From NCBI RefSeq assembly GCF_006345805.1, contig NC_043008.1, forward strand, positions 48,236,001-48,300,000: a stretch of DNA of 64,000 nucleotides, written 5' to 3'. Below are positions 38,913 to 54,400 of this stretch, one piece after another. Each line of letters starts with the position of its first letter. Within the stretch, counting starts at the first letter, position 1. Under the pieces are notes generated by a model that ran no database searches, was not told where the DNA came from, and worked only from the letters and a program-made list of their open reading frames with translations. The stretch comes from Octopus sinensis (taxonomy: Eukaryota). A program made the position numbers and the translations under genes.

Positions 38913-41427
38913 GATATATATATATATATATATATGATGATATATATATATATATGCAGATATGGGTTGTGTGTGCATGTGTTGTCCTCCACAGTGTTTT
39001 CTCAGCTCCTCAATGCCTTCCCTACACTTTTCTGTTGTTTGTTCATTTCGGTTCCCATGGTGTGGATTGGATGAAGCTTGTTAAAGCAGGGTTCTTCATG
39101 TCTGAATGCCCTTTTCCCCCGTCATCATCCTCAGATTGAAAATGAAGAGAACATTAAATGATGACACGCGGAATAGTATTCACCCACACCCACATATATG
39201 TATGGCTATGCGTGCGTGTGTGTGTGTGTATCACATACAGGTTTGGGGCAGAACATCAGATGCAAAAACCTGACAAAGCAGGATTTCAAATGAGCAGGAA
39301 AAAAAAAAGAAATCAGAATATTGAACTCTTGAAAAGTGAAAACTCGGAATGATGAATGCCAAGACTTTGAACAATAAAAAGAAGTTTGAAATATTGGGGG
39401 GGGGGGGAACAGTTTTACATTTATTTCCAGTTTTAAAAGGGAATTCGTTTGAGAATTTTTTTTTGTGTGTCTGTGTCTGATTTTTTTTCAGTTTTTTATG
39501 AGGCTGCGTCAGAATAGCAGAGACAAGTTTGTACATTGGCCTTACAAAGGAACGGAAGCAAAGGCACACAACTATTCTTGGTCTTTTAAATTCTTCAGTT
39601 TGTTTGTATTTAAAGAAAAAAGCAGAATATTTATTAATGAGAGAATTGAGAAAGAGACATGGGTTAGCAATGGAAAGGGCATCCAAATGGAAAACAACAA
39701 TATGTCTAGCCAGGCTGACATGGAAAAAAAATAGATTTATAATCAACAATCAAAATTCTGCATTAAAAGGAAAATTTCCAAGTTCAAATCTCATCTCAAT
39801 ATATACATTAAAAAACAAATAAAAGAAATGGAAGGTAGTTCAAGTAAAACTCTAGGAAAATATTTAGGCTTCCAGTTTGTTAAAAAGCTACAATCTGTGG
39901 TAGCATAATCGTTTCTATATCTTGTTTGAGAGATAAAACTAGTTGCAGTTGAGTTTAAAACCAGAAAAGAAGACAGCAGAGAGTTTGGTGTCTCTCTTCA
40001 ATAAGATCCCCCTTGCCACACCCAAACCAACACTAAACAACTCTAACCGTTTTATTATATGTTTTTAACATCCATTCAGTTTTACTTAAACTAAAAGACA
40101 TATTTCTCCTGGAATGGTAAAATGTCATCAACAGCTAAAAATGCTGCTAAAAATGTCATTTGATAATGCAACAAAAATGGAACATGGAAACAATATTCTT
40201 TTTTTAAAAAAGACTGTAAATAAATATTTTGATTTGTGTATATTTATATCGATTTCAAAACATGCTCTAAGCAGAATTCAAACCATCTAAAGGACAATAT
40301 TGACAAAAGAATATTGTTATAAATGAAAGAGGTGTTAAGAAAAACAATAAAATAATACATTTAAAATTAAAAAAAAAAACATTACAAAATCAACAAAAAC
40401 TATTTTTACAGATTTTTTCTTTTTTTTTCACCTTCCACATTTCATGGCTCCACTAATTTCTAATATATTGATGGACTTGATCAGTATTTTAGTATTAATA
40501 ATATTGGTAGGTAACTAAACTATAGGTTAGAGACTAGAAATAGTATTTTAATAATAATCGTCCATCTATTTATCATCAAATTAAAACTTCTGTCTCTTGC
40601 TAACATCATTATTACTTTAATTGCATTTTATGTCTTCTCCTTTCAATTGTTTCCATTTCTTGCCTAGTGTCTTCCTGACACACAATACCATCATCAACAT
40701 CATCATCATTATTATTATTATTATTATTATTATCCAACCTACCTATCATCTGTATTTAATCTTCAACACAGAGAAACACAAACATTCCATTTCAATCAAA
40801 ACAACTTCTGACCCTTTCAAAGCCTAAAGTGTCCACACACAACCAAGTCTCTGACAAGTCTACAAACCTCGTTCCTCGTTTCATTCTCTTCCCTCAAACA
40901 ACAGGGTCCCTCCTCCTATCACCCATCCCTCCATCACTCTCCTATCTACTACATTGTTTTGTTGCTGTCAGAAACTAAAGCAGAACCTCTTACTACATGC
41001 CACATTGAGCTTCAGTCCTGCCAGTCAACACCCTGTATTACTACCAACCAGCATCACCACCCCGCTAGCACTTGAGCCACCACACTCTGTAAAGTGGATG
41101 GGATTGTGAAGGGACACCCAGCTGGAGAAACGATGCAAAACATGAAATACTCAAGCAAGACCTGATCCTCTGACACATTGGATCTTGTCAAAACATCCGA
41201 CCCGTGTCAGCATAGCAAGTGATGTAAAGCAATGAGGATATTCACATCACTGACAACATTCTCCCCAAATGAATTACTATGGAAATAACCCACTTTCACC
41301 AACACTAGAAAAAGATTTTACCAACTTGAAAAATCTATAATTTCTAATCACATCAGCTATACTGAAATGATAAGTTCAAAATAATATTGGTTTCAAATTC
41401 TGGCACAAGGACAGCAATTTTGGGTGG

Positions 41428-42195
41428 GTGATGAGGCCTGTGTGCAAACAGCCATGCTACATGGCAGCGATACATGGGTTGAGTGCTGAGGACATGTGTA
41501 GGCTTGCAAGGAATGAAGCTAGTATGCTCCACTGGATGTGTAATGTCAGTGTGCATACACGACAGAGTGTGAGTGCCCTGAGAGAAAAGTTGGGCATAAG
41601 AAGCATCAGATGTGTTGTGCAAGAGAGACGGCTGCACTGGTATGGTCATGTGTTACGTATGGATGATGACAGTTGTGTGAAGAAGTGTTACACCCTAACA
41701 ATGGAAGGAACCTGTAGAAGTAAACCCAGGAAGATGTGGAATGAGGTGGTGAAGCACGATCTTCAAACGATGGGCCTCACAGAGGCAATGACAAGCAACC
41801 GAGACCTCTGGAGATATGCTGTGCTTGAGAAGACCCATCAGGTCAAGTGATATCTTAGCCGTGCCCGATGTCAGTGTCACATAATTAGTCAGGCAATATG
41901 CTGTGCTTGAGAAGACAGGTTGAGTCAAGCGAAATTGTAGTCATAGCCAATGCTAGTGCCACATGATTGGCTCCCGTGCCAGTGCTACCCGATTGGCCCC
42001 CATGCCAGTGGCACATAAAAAGCACCCACTACACTCTCGGAGTGGTTGGCATTAGGAAGAAGGGCATCCAGCTTTAGAAACCTTGCCAGATCAGATTGGA
42101 GTCTGGCGCAGCCTCCTAGCATGCCAATCCTCAGTCAAACCATCCAACCCATGCCAGCATGGAAAGTGGACGTTAAACGATGATGATGATGATGA
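41428..42195 (+). mobile_element. 5'-truncated RTE LINE (C-terminus, 3' UTR, (GAT)n tail) inserted into a family C SINE
   Basis: ORF AEDMCRLARNEASMLHWMCNVSVH...RLHWYGHV is homologous to 20552-20926. SINE halves at 41385-41427 and 42196-42350. Confidence 0.9.
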
Positions 42196-43756
42196 CAGGG
42201 CAAGTCGATTACATCAGCCCCAGTACTGAACTGGTTCTTATTTCATTGACCCCAAAAAGATGAAAGGCAAAGCTGCCCTTGGCAGAATTTGAACTGACAA
42301 CATAAAGACAGATGAAATGCTCTTAAGCATTTTGTCCAGCTTGCACTGCCTTAAACACCCCTAATATTTCGAGAGATCCAGAGACATACCAAACCATTCT
42401 GCTACTAAAACTGAAAATCAATAATTACAACTGACAGAAAATATCAGATTGGATAATTCTCAAAATGAAATGGCTCAACTATGAATTACCAAAGTTATGT
42501 TTATAACTATTACACACACAGTGATTAATATTTATTATATGTTTCTTTAAGTAGAACATTCATTTTTGTCTAAAAGGTAATTGATACAAAACCAGAAATA
42601 GAATATGTTAATAATATGTTAATTAATTAACATCCCACATTCTTAAAATTAATTAATTTATTAATCTCAGAGATGCTGACTCCAGCAGAATATGAATTCT
42701 GATCACTAAACTAAAAATCTAAAGTATTTTAGCAGACTATCCTACTTTCTGGTTCTAGAACCAGTGAGAAAAGCCACAAGTCCACCTCGTCACTTTTGGA
42801 CAGTATACAAGTGTGCAGCCTCTCCCTTCACACTAAAAACTTTGAGTGGAAAACTTAATATGTTTAGTTGTAAACTGTGTATGTTCACATATACAGACAC
42901 ACTACATTAACTGTATATATCCATATACATACACATTAAGCGTAGGAGTTCACATATAGACACACAGTAAACTGCACCTGTTCGCAGAGACCCACTAAAT
43001 TAGTTTGCACCACATGTCCACCTGCAGACACACCACTCACCATCCATTAAAAAGCTTAAACCTAGCCATCACCTGCAAGCAAGTATGACCTGGCAGTAAA
43101 ACCCACACTTTCACCCTTTCGTTATCTTTTATAGATGCTTCTGCACTCAAAAGCAGACAACACAGCCTCTCAGCACTGACCCTGTTGATTAGCAGAACAT
43201 AAAAGCAAGCGCAGAGCGAAAGACAGCGCCATCAGCCCTTGGCTGGGACTTGGTTGCAGAGGAGCAATTAAGTGCCTTGGTCCTGAGATCAAACCTACCA
43301 CCTTACAACCATGAAACCAACATCCTAACCACTAAACCATGTGCCATCCATAGATACACTACATTAAACATGTTGCATTAAATATCCATGCTCAAATGCA
43401 CACAGCAAGGCAGGTGGCATACCATTTATGCCCTCACCCAAATCCTATTAGGCTAAATAGATTGTTATATCTACAAATAACAAAATATATATTAACTTTG
43501 TAAAACTAGGACACAGATCGTATTTCAGCCAAAATTTAACATTACCCAACTCCCACCGAAACAAATGTTTCTCGTGCTATGGAAACTAATTTCTATAATG
43601 TTACATACCATCTGGTGTTACAATAGAGCAACAGAGGAGGAGAGAGCTCAGTGTCACAAAGAGGCATTTTCCTTTCAGATAATTCTGTTTCAGCATTCCA
43701 CTAAGGGAGGTAACTTAAATTGTTGTAAAAGTTACGTCCCTTGCAATACATCATTT

Positions 43757-43975
43757 ACTCTTTTACTTGTTTCAGTCATTTGACTGTGGCCATGCTGGAG
43801 CACCGCCTTTAGTCGAAGACACCGACCCCCAGGACTCATTCTTTGTAAGCCTAGTACTTATTCTATCGGTCTCTTTTGCCGAACCACTAAGTTACGGGGA
43901 TGTAAACACACCAGCATCGGTTATCAAGCGATGTTGGAGGTGGGGGACGATCACAGACACACAAACACATAATTA
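43757..43975 (-). mobile_element. SINE family A, 3' portion
   Basis: Very similar to 853-1000. Confidence 0.85.
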
Positions 43976-44098
43976 ATTAATTAATATCGATAGGAATAGA
44001 CAATGTGTTATCAAGAGAGAAGACTATAATTGTCACTAAATATGACGAGGCTGTTAGAATACATAAGTGTGTGTGTCTCTTACATATATATATATATA

Positions 44099-44288
44099 TG
44101 ACTTTCGGAAACATTTTTTCACGCTCAGAGTTGCTGAAGCATGGAATAAACTGCCTGCGTCAGTTGTTGACTGCCATGACACTGCATCCTTTAAGGCCTC
44201 ATGCTTTCCGAAATCCGCCGAAACTTCACCTGATTATATATACACTTTAGATGAGTTGTAGTGCACCTGAGCACTGTACACAATTATT

Positions 44289-44305
<17 letters not shown>
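44099..44305 (+). mobile_element. CR1-clade LINE 3' fragment with (ATT)n tail
   Basis: FRKHFFTLRVAEAWNKLP.SVV....ASFK resembles the CR1-type C-terminal motif. Sits between TA runs. Confidence 0.75.
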
Positions 44306-44341
<36 letters not shown>

Positions 44342-45369
44342 ATTTGCTATTTAAAGCCAAGATGAGTATAGCTTAATAAATATTCCCAACTGTGTGCACT
44401 GAAGCTGCTCCACCTTGCTTTATAAAAAAAAAACAAGGTTTTATAAAAAGGTAAGAAATTTATACTTTATGTTGGCTGCTATTTTATTGTCAACTAAACT
44501 ATTTTGTAAATTACTGAAAACTATGATATATCAAATAGTTGAAGTATCTGAACAATATATTACAAAAAAAAAGGCCCCATTTTACAGACTGATAAACATT
44601 TTAATACGAAATGAACCCGTCTGAATCATGATAATAACACAGCAAAAAAGACTGCAAAACATTAGTTCCATGAAGATCCCTTTATCACCTGCCACAGCCT
44701 GTAATGAAAATTGCTCAAGACAATTCTCTATCAATACAGAATGTACTTCAGCCAAATTCTCAACCCAATGGAAAACAAGTCTTTCACAAAAAAAAGATGG
44801 AATTTACAAGATTCCACAAGGAAATCTGCAAAAACCTTTGAGATTGCTGCACAACATTCTAACAGATTTTGACATCATTTGCACTTCAACCTCAAACAAT
44901 GTGTTATAAATAAACTAAGTTAATCCTAAAGTACATACAAGGTAGAGTTGTTCCAATAACACTGTATAATGGACTTGGCCAGTGGTTTGAATAGAAATAT
45001 GTCAGTGGCCATTGTTGTGATGTTTGAAATGAATTCTACAAGATTTGGAACAAGATGCTAATAACCATTGTAGGCCGTCCCAGATTTGTGATATTGATAC
45101 ACTTTGAACATTTGTAGGGCTGCAAAATATATTTTGGGTTGTTTGTGGTAGGAAGAATTGGGTAAAGCATTTAGTACTGAGATTAATAGAAGCAGTAACA
45201 AGTGGAGCTGGTACTCAGAGGAGCAGAGACTGTTGTTGTTGTAGGGGGTTGGGGAGATGGGGAAAGGAATGGTATGCCTGTGATCTCGTGAGTTTTTAAC
45301 CAAGTAGCTGAATAACCTTCTTTGAATGGGTGTGTGTCTGTGTGTGTGTGTGTCTGTGTGTGCGTGCAT

Positions 45370-45670
45370 GTGTAGTGGCAGCAGTGTGTAGACATGTGAG
45401 GAGGATGTGAACATAAGTTTTAGACGAGCTATTGAACAGAGCTGCAGTCTTTCTGGAATTGTTTTGACAATGTTCTATGTAAGATTGTGAGGTGAAGCAA
45501 TTGTAACAGTAAGGGCTTTGATCTAACAGAGAAAAGAGAGTAAAAAAACTGCTGAAGAAGGTTTGGTGCTCTGTGTCACTAATTGGCAGAAACAGGACAG
45601 GTTGAGAGGGGTTTTGATTTCATGTAGATGACAGATTTGGGAAGATTGAACAAATGAAGGTTAATATCAT

Positions 45671-45709
<39 letters not shown>

Positions 45710-46540
45710 GAAACATTGATATACACACAAAGAAGTGCTCGGGTAACACAATGGCCATTTTGTGGGAACTGAATGAGTGTAAAGAGGACTTTGAGAATTT
45801 CCCAGTTAAGTTCTTGATTTGACAAAGTAGACACAAGGAAAACGATTTTGTTGGTCTCTAAAGAGACAACATTGCTTTAACTGATGTTCACCACAAAACT
45901 GAGAAATTATTGATGCATGAGAAAGGAGAGCAAATCTGTGATGGATCTAACTCTACAGAAACTATACTTGCTTGTGGCCAAGAAAGGTTGTCCTTCTTGT
46001 AAATAGGCGATACACATTGTATTGTCTCTCTAGATTGACTCGGTGTCCCTGCAGAGAGGGACCGGATAGTTGGATAGTGATGGGAACTAACTTTAAAACA
46101 TACTTTTAGAAGGTAACGGAAGGCAGAGCAGTGGACATCAATTTACAGCATTAAAAGACGAACACAGCAGAATATATTTCCTATAGCAATAACAGACCAA
46201 TTTATAATTGTAGAGAGACTTGCCTGCTGACAACAACACTATAATTTTCAATATTTGATAAGTAATAAGATCATGATTATGACATTTTCTGGACAGAAGC
46301 TTCCTCAACTGATATTATGATGGATGAAACCAATACAAACACTTGCTTGCATCAGTTTCTTCTATTGAGAATTAGGTGAGAATATCCGGAAAAGGTAGGA
46401 AGAATTGACTGAATCAACTCTAAAATATAATGGGAAGTACTAAAAGACAAACGATACCCCAACACTGTAAGAGAAACATAGATTTCACTGAAAGCTGTTA
46501 TTTCTGTCAGCAATAGCAATACTAAATTCTATAGAGCTTT
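45370..46540 (-). mobile_element. Highly degenerate Jockey/CR1/L2-like RT remnant
   Basis: Minus-strand fragments SNYPVPL (NYRPISL-like) and KYSFCRVRSITDLLSFL (QYGFR..RST.DLL-like). Boundaries approximate. Confidence 0.45.
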
Positions 46541-46947
46541 CTTTAACTTGAGAATCCCGTGTCAAGAGAGACAAGAACGCCACAAGCAACCAAGGCCAGA
46601 AACCCTACACTGTGAGCAGAGAGGATGGTTGAATAGAAAGTTGATTATTTTTGGATCTGGTCTTAATGAGATGAATAGAAGGGAACACTTTAAAAGCAAT
46701 CCACCTGCAACTCACTCCTTCAACTATTTAAACCATTCATCTTTTTTACCCCCCCCCCACTATCAACTTAGTGAATACTTAATGGATTATGCTATAAACA
46801 GCAGATGTTTGTGAAATAAATGCAGAGCATTTGGCCGAGAGAAGACAAAACTGGTTAATTGAGCAGAGGGTGAAAGTTGAAATCTTACAGTGACAAAGTA
46901 TTTCAACTGTGCTTGCTCCATTCAGCCAAATTAACTGCTAAAACAAG

Positions 46948-47165
46948 TGAAACGGTTGTGGCAGAAAACAGTTGGACGAAAATGCTTGGCAGTGTTTCAT
47001 CCAGCTTTACTTCAGGAGTTCAAAATTCTGTCACCGTCAACTTTGTCTTTCAGGGTCAATGAAATAAGCACCTGTTGTGCACTGGAGTTGATGCAAGCAA
47101 CTAGCCCCCACCTTCCCTAAAACATGTCACACCTTTTGTACCTAGAGCAGAAAGGATTATTATGA
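46948..47165 (+). mobile_element. tRNA-derived SINE, family C
   Basis: TGGCAGAA...GAGTTCAAAATTCTG...GGGTCAATGAAATAAGCACC. Reverse complement of the copies at 62652-62860, 49240-49510 and 42196-42350. Confidence 0.7.
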
Positions 47166-47999
47166 TTATGGAGCAGCTCCAGGTGGACCTCATAAGAAGT
47201 GGTTAATCAATGTCATCTAAGCCCAATATTTTAGGAATCAATAGAGTAACCAGAGTTCAGCAAAGAGTAATTAGATGCAAATACATTTTTTTTTTAAATT
47301 TCTAACATCAAATTTAGCACCACACACACACACACACACCATTTAACATCCACTTTTCTATATATGGATGCTAACACACACACATGAAACAATAGTAAGG
47401 TGGTTGTTGTTTTCCTCACTAAACCAAGTAAATATGTCAGTAGAACCCAGAAACTCAATAATTGTCAGTATGTAATTAATTAGCAGTTAATATTCTGCTA
47501 AGACACTCATTACATGTTAAACGAGCTAAGAGATGCCAACATATAATAATTGTTATCAAACAATTACTGACAATGTCAAGAGGTCTACAAATATTTATTA
47601 TTTTACAAGTGACACAATGTTGTCACACCCAGAATCTACACTCTTCCACTGCCCCATCACCTCACTCTCATCAGATCAGAGTTTCAAGCTGGGTGTGATG
47701 ACATTGCGAGAGAGTTGAAATAATTATTCTTAGACCTGCTAACATGGTGTCGAATTGAGTAATGACAGTTGTTATCTTTTGGTATGTCCCAGCTGTCAAC
47801 TGAGCTGTTATGAATATCTTAGGAGCATGTTAGTCATTAAAAACAGAAAGAATAAATAAGACTTCCTTTGTTGTGTCCTGCATTGTGTGAGGTAAAACGT
47901 GTGACCTACCTGTTAATTTATAACAGAAAAATCTACAACAATAACCAAGTGAAACCGTACGATTTCATCAAAAAGGGAATTTATTACACACATCTTTTA

Positions 48000-48660
48000 T
48001 CGTTTCCTTGTTTCAGTCATTGGACTGCAGCCTTGCTGGGGAAACACTGAAAAATTTTTAGTTGAATAAACCCCAGGACTTCCTTTTTCTTTTCGTTTTT
48101 AAAGCCTGGTACTTATTCTATCAGTGACTTTTTGCCAAACTACTAAGTTGCAGGGATATAAACCCACCAACACTGGTTGCCAGGGCTGGGGGAGCAAACA
48201 GACACAAAGATACATGTAGATGTGTGTGGCTTAGTGGTTACGATATCTGGCTTACAATCAACTCCCAGTGGTGTGTGGTGTGTCCTTGAGCAAGACACTT
48301 TACTTCACCCTGCTGACAAAAGTGAGTTGTACCTGTATTTCAGAGGAGCAGCCTTGTTACATATTGTGTCACACTGAATCTTCCTGAGAGCTACAGTAAG
48401 AGTACACGTGCCTGTGGAGTACTCAGCCACTTGCACGTGAGTTTCATGAGGGGACTGTTCTGTTGATCATATCAGCTGGGACCCTCATTGTCATCACCAG
48501 TGGAGTGCCAGTTTTATATGTGTCGGGCTTCTTTCAGTTTCCATTTACCAAATCCTTTCACAAGGCTTTGGCTGGACTGAGGTTACAACAGAAAGACACT
48601 TGCTTAACATGCTGTGCAGAGGGACTGAACCCAGAATCATGTAGTTAGGAAGCCAAACTT
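48000..48660 (-). mobile_element. SINE family A with a family B SINE (48222-48510, plus strand) nested in its middle
   Basis: Family A halves at 48000-48215 and 48525-48660 flank a sequence homologous to 272-548. Confidence 0.75.
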
Positions 48661-49239
48661 ATGGCTTACATTTCCCCAATTCAACAATTACTAAATATGC
48701 TCACCAAATGAGCCGTTACCAAAACACACACATACACATACACACTTGTGACCATCAGGATGTTGATATACATTTTATAGGACATTTTTAAACTATTGAA
48801 ATAAGAAACAATAAAAAGAAAATTTTGAATTCATTTTAAATTCAGAGAAAAAAAACATTTTTTAGTGATTCTCGAATCAATGGTGAATGTTTTTCTACAA
48901 TTTCAAGTTTAGAAGGTTTAAAAAAAAAACAAAATGGATAGAAAATACTCCATTCCAAAATATATTTACTGAAGCATGAAATGATGATGGCAAGATGAAA
49001 TAAATAATGAAAGGTAGCAGCAAGAACAACAACAACAACAACGGTACACAGAACAGAGATGAATATTGAAAAGATGGACGTGTGGAAAATGTCACACAAA
49101 GAACAAAGGCAGTGCAAGGAGGAATAAATGAAGTTGGAGGAAATGGTTGAGGTTGTGTTTGAATGGAGGAGGAGGAGGAAGAGGAGGAGGTCACTGAAAG
49201 ACAGCAATAATAATAATAAAATAATAATAATAATAATAT

Positions 49240-49510
49240 TAATAATGGTTTCAAATGTTGGTACAGGGCAAGCAGATGTTGAAAGGAGGGTCTAGTCAAT
49301 TACATTGACTCCAGGACTTCACTGGTACTTGTTTTATTGACCCCACCCCCCAAAAGGATGAAGGGCAAAGCTGACCTTGGTAAAATATTAATGGTTTCAA
49401 ATTATGGCACAAGGCCTGCAATTTTAGGAGAATAAATCCATTCATCAACTTCAGTACTTGACTGGTTCTTATCGACTCCAAAAGGATGAAAGGCAAAGTC
49501 GACCACAGCA
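49240..49510 (-). mobile_element. Two tandem partial family C SINE copies
   Basis: ATATTAATAATGGTTTCAAAT...AAAAGGATGAAGGGCAAAG block occurs twice. Confidence 0.7.
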
Positions 49511-51386
49511 GAAAAAGTCACAAATAGCATGGGGACCAAGTAAAATAGACAGTGATCAAATCAAGCAAATCAATAATCTATATTTTGTTATTTAGTCTAT
49601 CAATGACATTTCATTACTGATAAATTGGTTCATTCAGCCAAACACTAAAGAGTTACTGAATAGAAACAATTTAACAGTTTAATTAAAATTTTGTTTGATT
49701 CACTTGTGAACTAAATAAATTTGTGAATTAATTTACAACTAATTTATTTCAATAAGAAATTTGTAAATTTTGATTTGTATAAATTTCTAAAACAATTTTC
49801 AACAGCATCAGAAGACAAACTATCGTTTTGCAGGTGACATTTATAGCCATCCTAAATATGTTCTACTTTAAAACCCATCAACTTCATCACAGCCTTCAAG
49901 CTCCCAGATGTGATGCTTTTTTCATAGCCTGGCATCAAAGATAAAATCCCATTTTGACCCGAAAGGCATTAAACTGCAATTACAGGAGAGCCTGCTTAAA
50001 TCACTTAACAATACTGGTGTTGCTTCCAGAAATATGGTACCAACAAATGCAAGACCAAGTCTTCAGTAAAGTGACCCAACTAACAAAACAAAAACCATTT
50101 CATGTAATAGATTCCACATTTTCTAGGGAAAGAAATTTTGAATACATCAACATTTGTAATGTATCAAATAGTCAATTTTCAAAGCTAAATCTATTTTTAA
50201 AATCAAAACTCATCTCATAAATTTACTCATAGGATAGGTTTAATAATAATTATCAAACAGCAATTAGCAATATTCATTCTGCTTCTTCTGAAATATTAAT
50301 CTCTAATAAATGTCATAGAATTTGTCAGCACCAATCAACTTGACCCTTTATTTTATTGGAGGAAATACTGTTAAGTTTGTTGCTGTATAGATTTAAAATA
50401 AACTGCAGCAGCAGCAGCAATTACTGCTTATAATTATACACCAAACCATCTGAAACTATCGCTAGCTTTGATACAAACACTATAAATTCAAAAGTGTTTA
50501 TATTTCAAGAGACATTCCAGAATAGTTTCTTTTTAAACCTATTCCTAACTAACACTAAATTCATAATGAAAATTTTTTATTTAGTTCACTGAATCCATTA
50601 AATTCAGAATTATTTTCAAAATTAAATAAAACACATTGGTAGTGTTATTTTCATAAGAAATACTGTTACAAAATGATTAAATGAAATTATATATTTTGAT
50701 TTCTAAAGACATTTCATTAAGAAATGGCTGATGTAAAGAATATCTAAATATCCAATTAACTCTCAAATACCTTACCTCACAGTGTACGATTTGATGCATT
50801 TATGAACCCCTCAACACAACACGTAATATCAACTGAAACTGTTGAAGGAATAAATGGTTTTGATTTTCTGAGATTTTTTTTTCCTTATTTTTTTTATAAA
50901 TATTCTTTATAAAAGTCTGTGACAATATTCCAAAATAAAACAGAGATCTTTTAGCACAAACCAGTTTTAATTTGGGTGGGGTTTTTTCCTGTTTGCTTTT
51001 TTCCTCCATATCAACAAACCAATTACTAAAACAAGACAAACTATATTTGGAAATAAATGAAATTTTCAAAAGAAAGCTGATAATTATCAACCAAAAAAAG
51101 TGAATCGGTTTCTTTCAGGTTTAAATTTTTTTTTTTTTAAATACAAAACATAAAAGCCTTGTAAAATATAATTGTTGGTTCCTACTAGCAGTGTGTGTTG
51201 ACTACAAATAAGCATATTGGGGAGTAATGACATGACTGCAAACAACATGAGAGGTAGGTTTCTAAACAAAATGGAAACAGGAGTCAATAGCACCAAACTA
51301 TAATGTGTGTATGTATATATATATGTATACACATATGTATATATGCATTCACATGTATATATATATATATACATATATATACATAC

Positions 51387-51423
<37 letters not shown>

Positions 51424-54400
51424 CATGTGAATGCATATATAAATATGTTTACATGTGGGCATGCAGAGCAACAGTAGCACAGCAACAGGTTGAAGACAAT
51501 CAACTAAAGTACTGTGACACCCTCTACTTCTTGTGGCCTTTCTATTATTGCCAACACATCCCCAATCTCGTGTCAGAATAACAAGAAGACTGACCATGCA
51601 CCAAATAATAAAAGTGTGGCAAAGAAATAAATAAAAATAGCAAGATAGATTATTGGTGTCTTACCAGGGGCTAATCTTGTTGCGGTGGAAGAGGAGTTTG
51701 CCTGTAATTAACATCTAGATTGGTAGGTGACCCACAACACAACATGCTTTCATCAGTTGTTAGGGAGGAAGATGCGGCAGATACAATTCACACCTTCAGA
51801 TTCCCAAGCACCAGAAACACTCAGAGATTTACTAGTGATGTCTTCAAAAATACATTGGTTCCTTCACTTTTTTTTTAACCAATCACATAAAAACAATAGC
51901 TGTAGTCTCCCTCAATACCACATTATGGTCAGTTTTATTGGTTAAATAATTCAGTCATTGAAAGTGAACTGATTCCATTTTATAATTTTAGAGAAACATT
52001 CTGAGACTGGGGTATGATGCTTGATGCTTAAAAAGTACTTTGGCAAAAAAATAGAATCCCAGACCAAAATTCTTGAGATATAGTGTCAACAGTGCTCATA
52101 TGGAATCAATGGTTTTGTGTTTTTGGTCCTCCCCACCCTCACCCCTCACCCCCATCCTCCCAATAATGCTCCATTGAATTATTTGCCTCAAAACTTCCAC
52201 TGCATCTTCCTCTCCAATCATGGAAACAATTCAAAGAATATCGAGAGAATAAAAAAAAAAAAATACAGATGAAGTCAATAAACAACACAAGAAGTCAATC
52301 TGATAAAACAGTGTCTGCTTACAACTAGCGAGGTCAAGGGGGGACAGTGCTTCTCTACCCCCATGTTGTTTGGAATCACACAATACTAATTAGAAAACAT
52401 ACTTACCGCAGCCAGAAACAAAACTAATTAACTTTAATTAATACAAGAAGGGATTTAGTTGCATCTTTTTTTTTGTTTTTTTTGTTTTGCCTCATTCCAT
52501 TGCCTAGCAGAGGTAAGACAGGTTTCTGTTCTTCCAAAACTACCAAATGGAACAGAATAGTAATAACCAAAATATAGAGGGGGAAGAAGGGCATAGAATT
52601 CCATGAAGGGAATTCATTGGCAAAAAGGATCAAAATATGTTAAATATATCAATAAACATAAAACCTTAAAACGAACATGGCAGTCTTTAGAAATGATCAA
52701 ATTCAAGAAAAACACCTTATTTCACTTATACAAACCTGTTTATATTTCAGTAATATCTTAATCTTTCTCGAATCATTTTCTTATATTCTTAATTAACTCT
52801 TATTAATTAATAACAATGCATTAGTATTACAGCTCGTTAAACCTAGCAACAATTTAATATATGTAATGAAATCTCTTAACTTTCTGTCTGTTCTTATTCT
52901 AATTTACTAATACCATTATTATCCCAACCTCGATTCCCTAATTTTCTTTCTCGGCAACTCTTACATATTCCTTTCATCAAAAACCAATAATCATGAACCT
53001 CAAATATTTTAGAAAAACATTCAAGGACCCAACGAAAGATATTTGGTGTCTTTGTCACAGATAGAGAGAATATTAAAGTTAGGCCAAAATTTACATCTTC
53101 CAACCTAAATGACAAATGGAAACAAACACCATTTCTATAACTGTTATTGACTTTTCTGTTTTGTATTTTCTTTACTTTCACACAAATTTGGAATTTTTAC
53201 AAATTATATTCATACCATAATATTTAATTGCACTCACATAAAACACAAACATACAACTAAATACAGACAGAGAGTTTTTTGTAGACACTAATTTATAAAA
53301 AAGCCTCTTGCATATAATACAATATAGTCATATCCCTACAGAACCTCTATGTAGTCAGAAGACAGCTAGAAATAGTAGCCAAAGTTACTGAAAATTACAC
53401 CTCACCATTTCTTTAAAAACAAAAATTAAGACATAAAATAAAAAGACAGTGTACACCTAAGTGGGACAAGTCTGGTCCCAGATCTGCTTTATCAGGCTTG
53501 GCCTAGGGTTAAATAGTAATTTTACTTGACAAAAGACTAAATAAGATCCAATAGATTCCATCTGAGATGATCCTTGCATTAAAATCTTAAGATACCAAAG
53601 TGAATGGTAAGAGTCAAGTTCTTTTCAGGTTTGTCTGGTTTTGTTTTTCTATGTTTGCATGGGTTAGATGAGTAAGTCACTGAGACCTTGTTTTATAGCC
53701 AGATGCCTTTCCTGTCACTAATGTGTACTTGTTTTTCAAATAAGAGATATCGTATTCCATGCAACTTCAAAGAGGATGATCTGTTGACAAGAGGACAACA
53801 AAATTTCATAAAGGTGATTTTGTGGATGCAAATGCACGTGCATGCACACATGAGCTTGCAATGGCTTGCTTTTGGCTTTTGTTTATCAAATCTATTCAAA
53901 GATTTGGTTGACCAAGGGCTATAATAGTAGTAAGACACTTGCCTAAGGTGGCATACATTGGGACTGAACTCAAAACCACATGGTTGGGAATTGGACTTAA
54001 TAACTATTCAAGCATGTAAATTTTAGATATGGTGAGGTACCCTAACAACAAACTGGTTGTCCCAGAACTAGCCATTAGCATAGAAATGGTAACCAACCGG
54101 ATCCAAACAAATAAAAACAAACCATTTCCCACTGATATTGATCCTGTAGACAAACACTGGATGGAAAATCTTGAATTAGGAAGCAAGAATTACAGGTGAT
54201 TCTTGAAAATGTCAAAGAGACTCAATGACATTCTTTTTTTTTTTTTTTTACATAGGAATAAGTTTGTAACTGAAACTAATTTCATCATTTCAGGTTTCTC
54301 AAATTAAAACTATTCAAAAGCAGGTACCAACAGGTTGTTACAGAGAAAATTATTTCCTAGTCTAACAATTGATGCAGCATCACAACAGTGATAATGTTGA

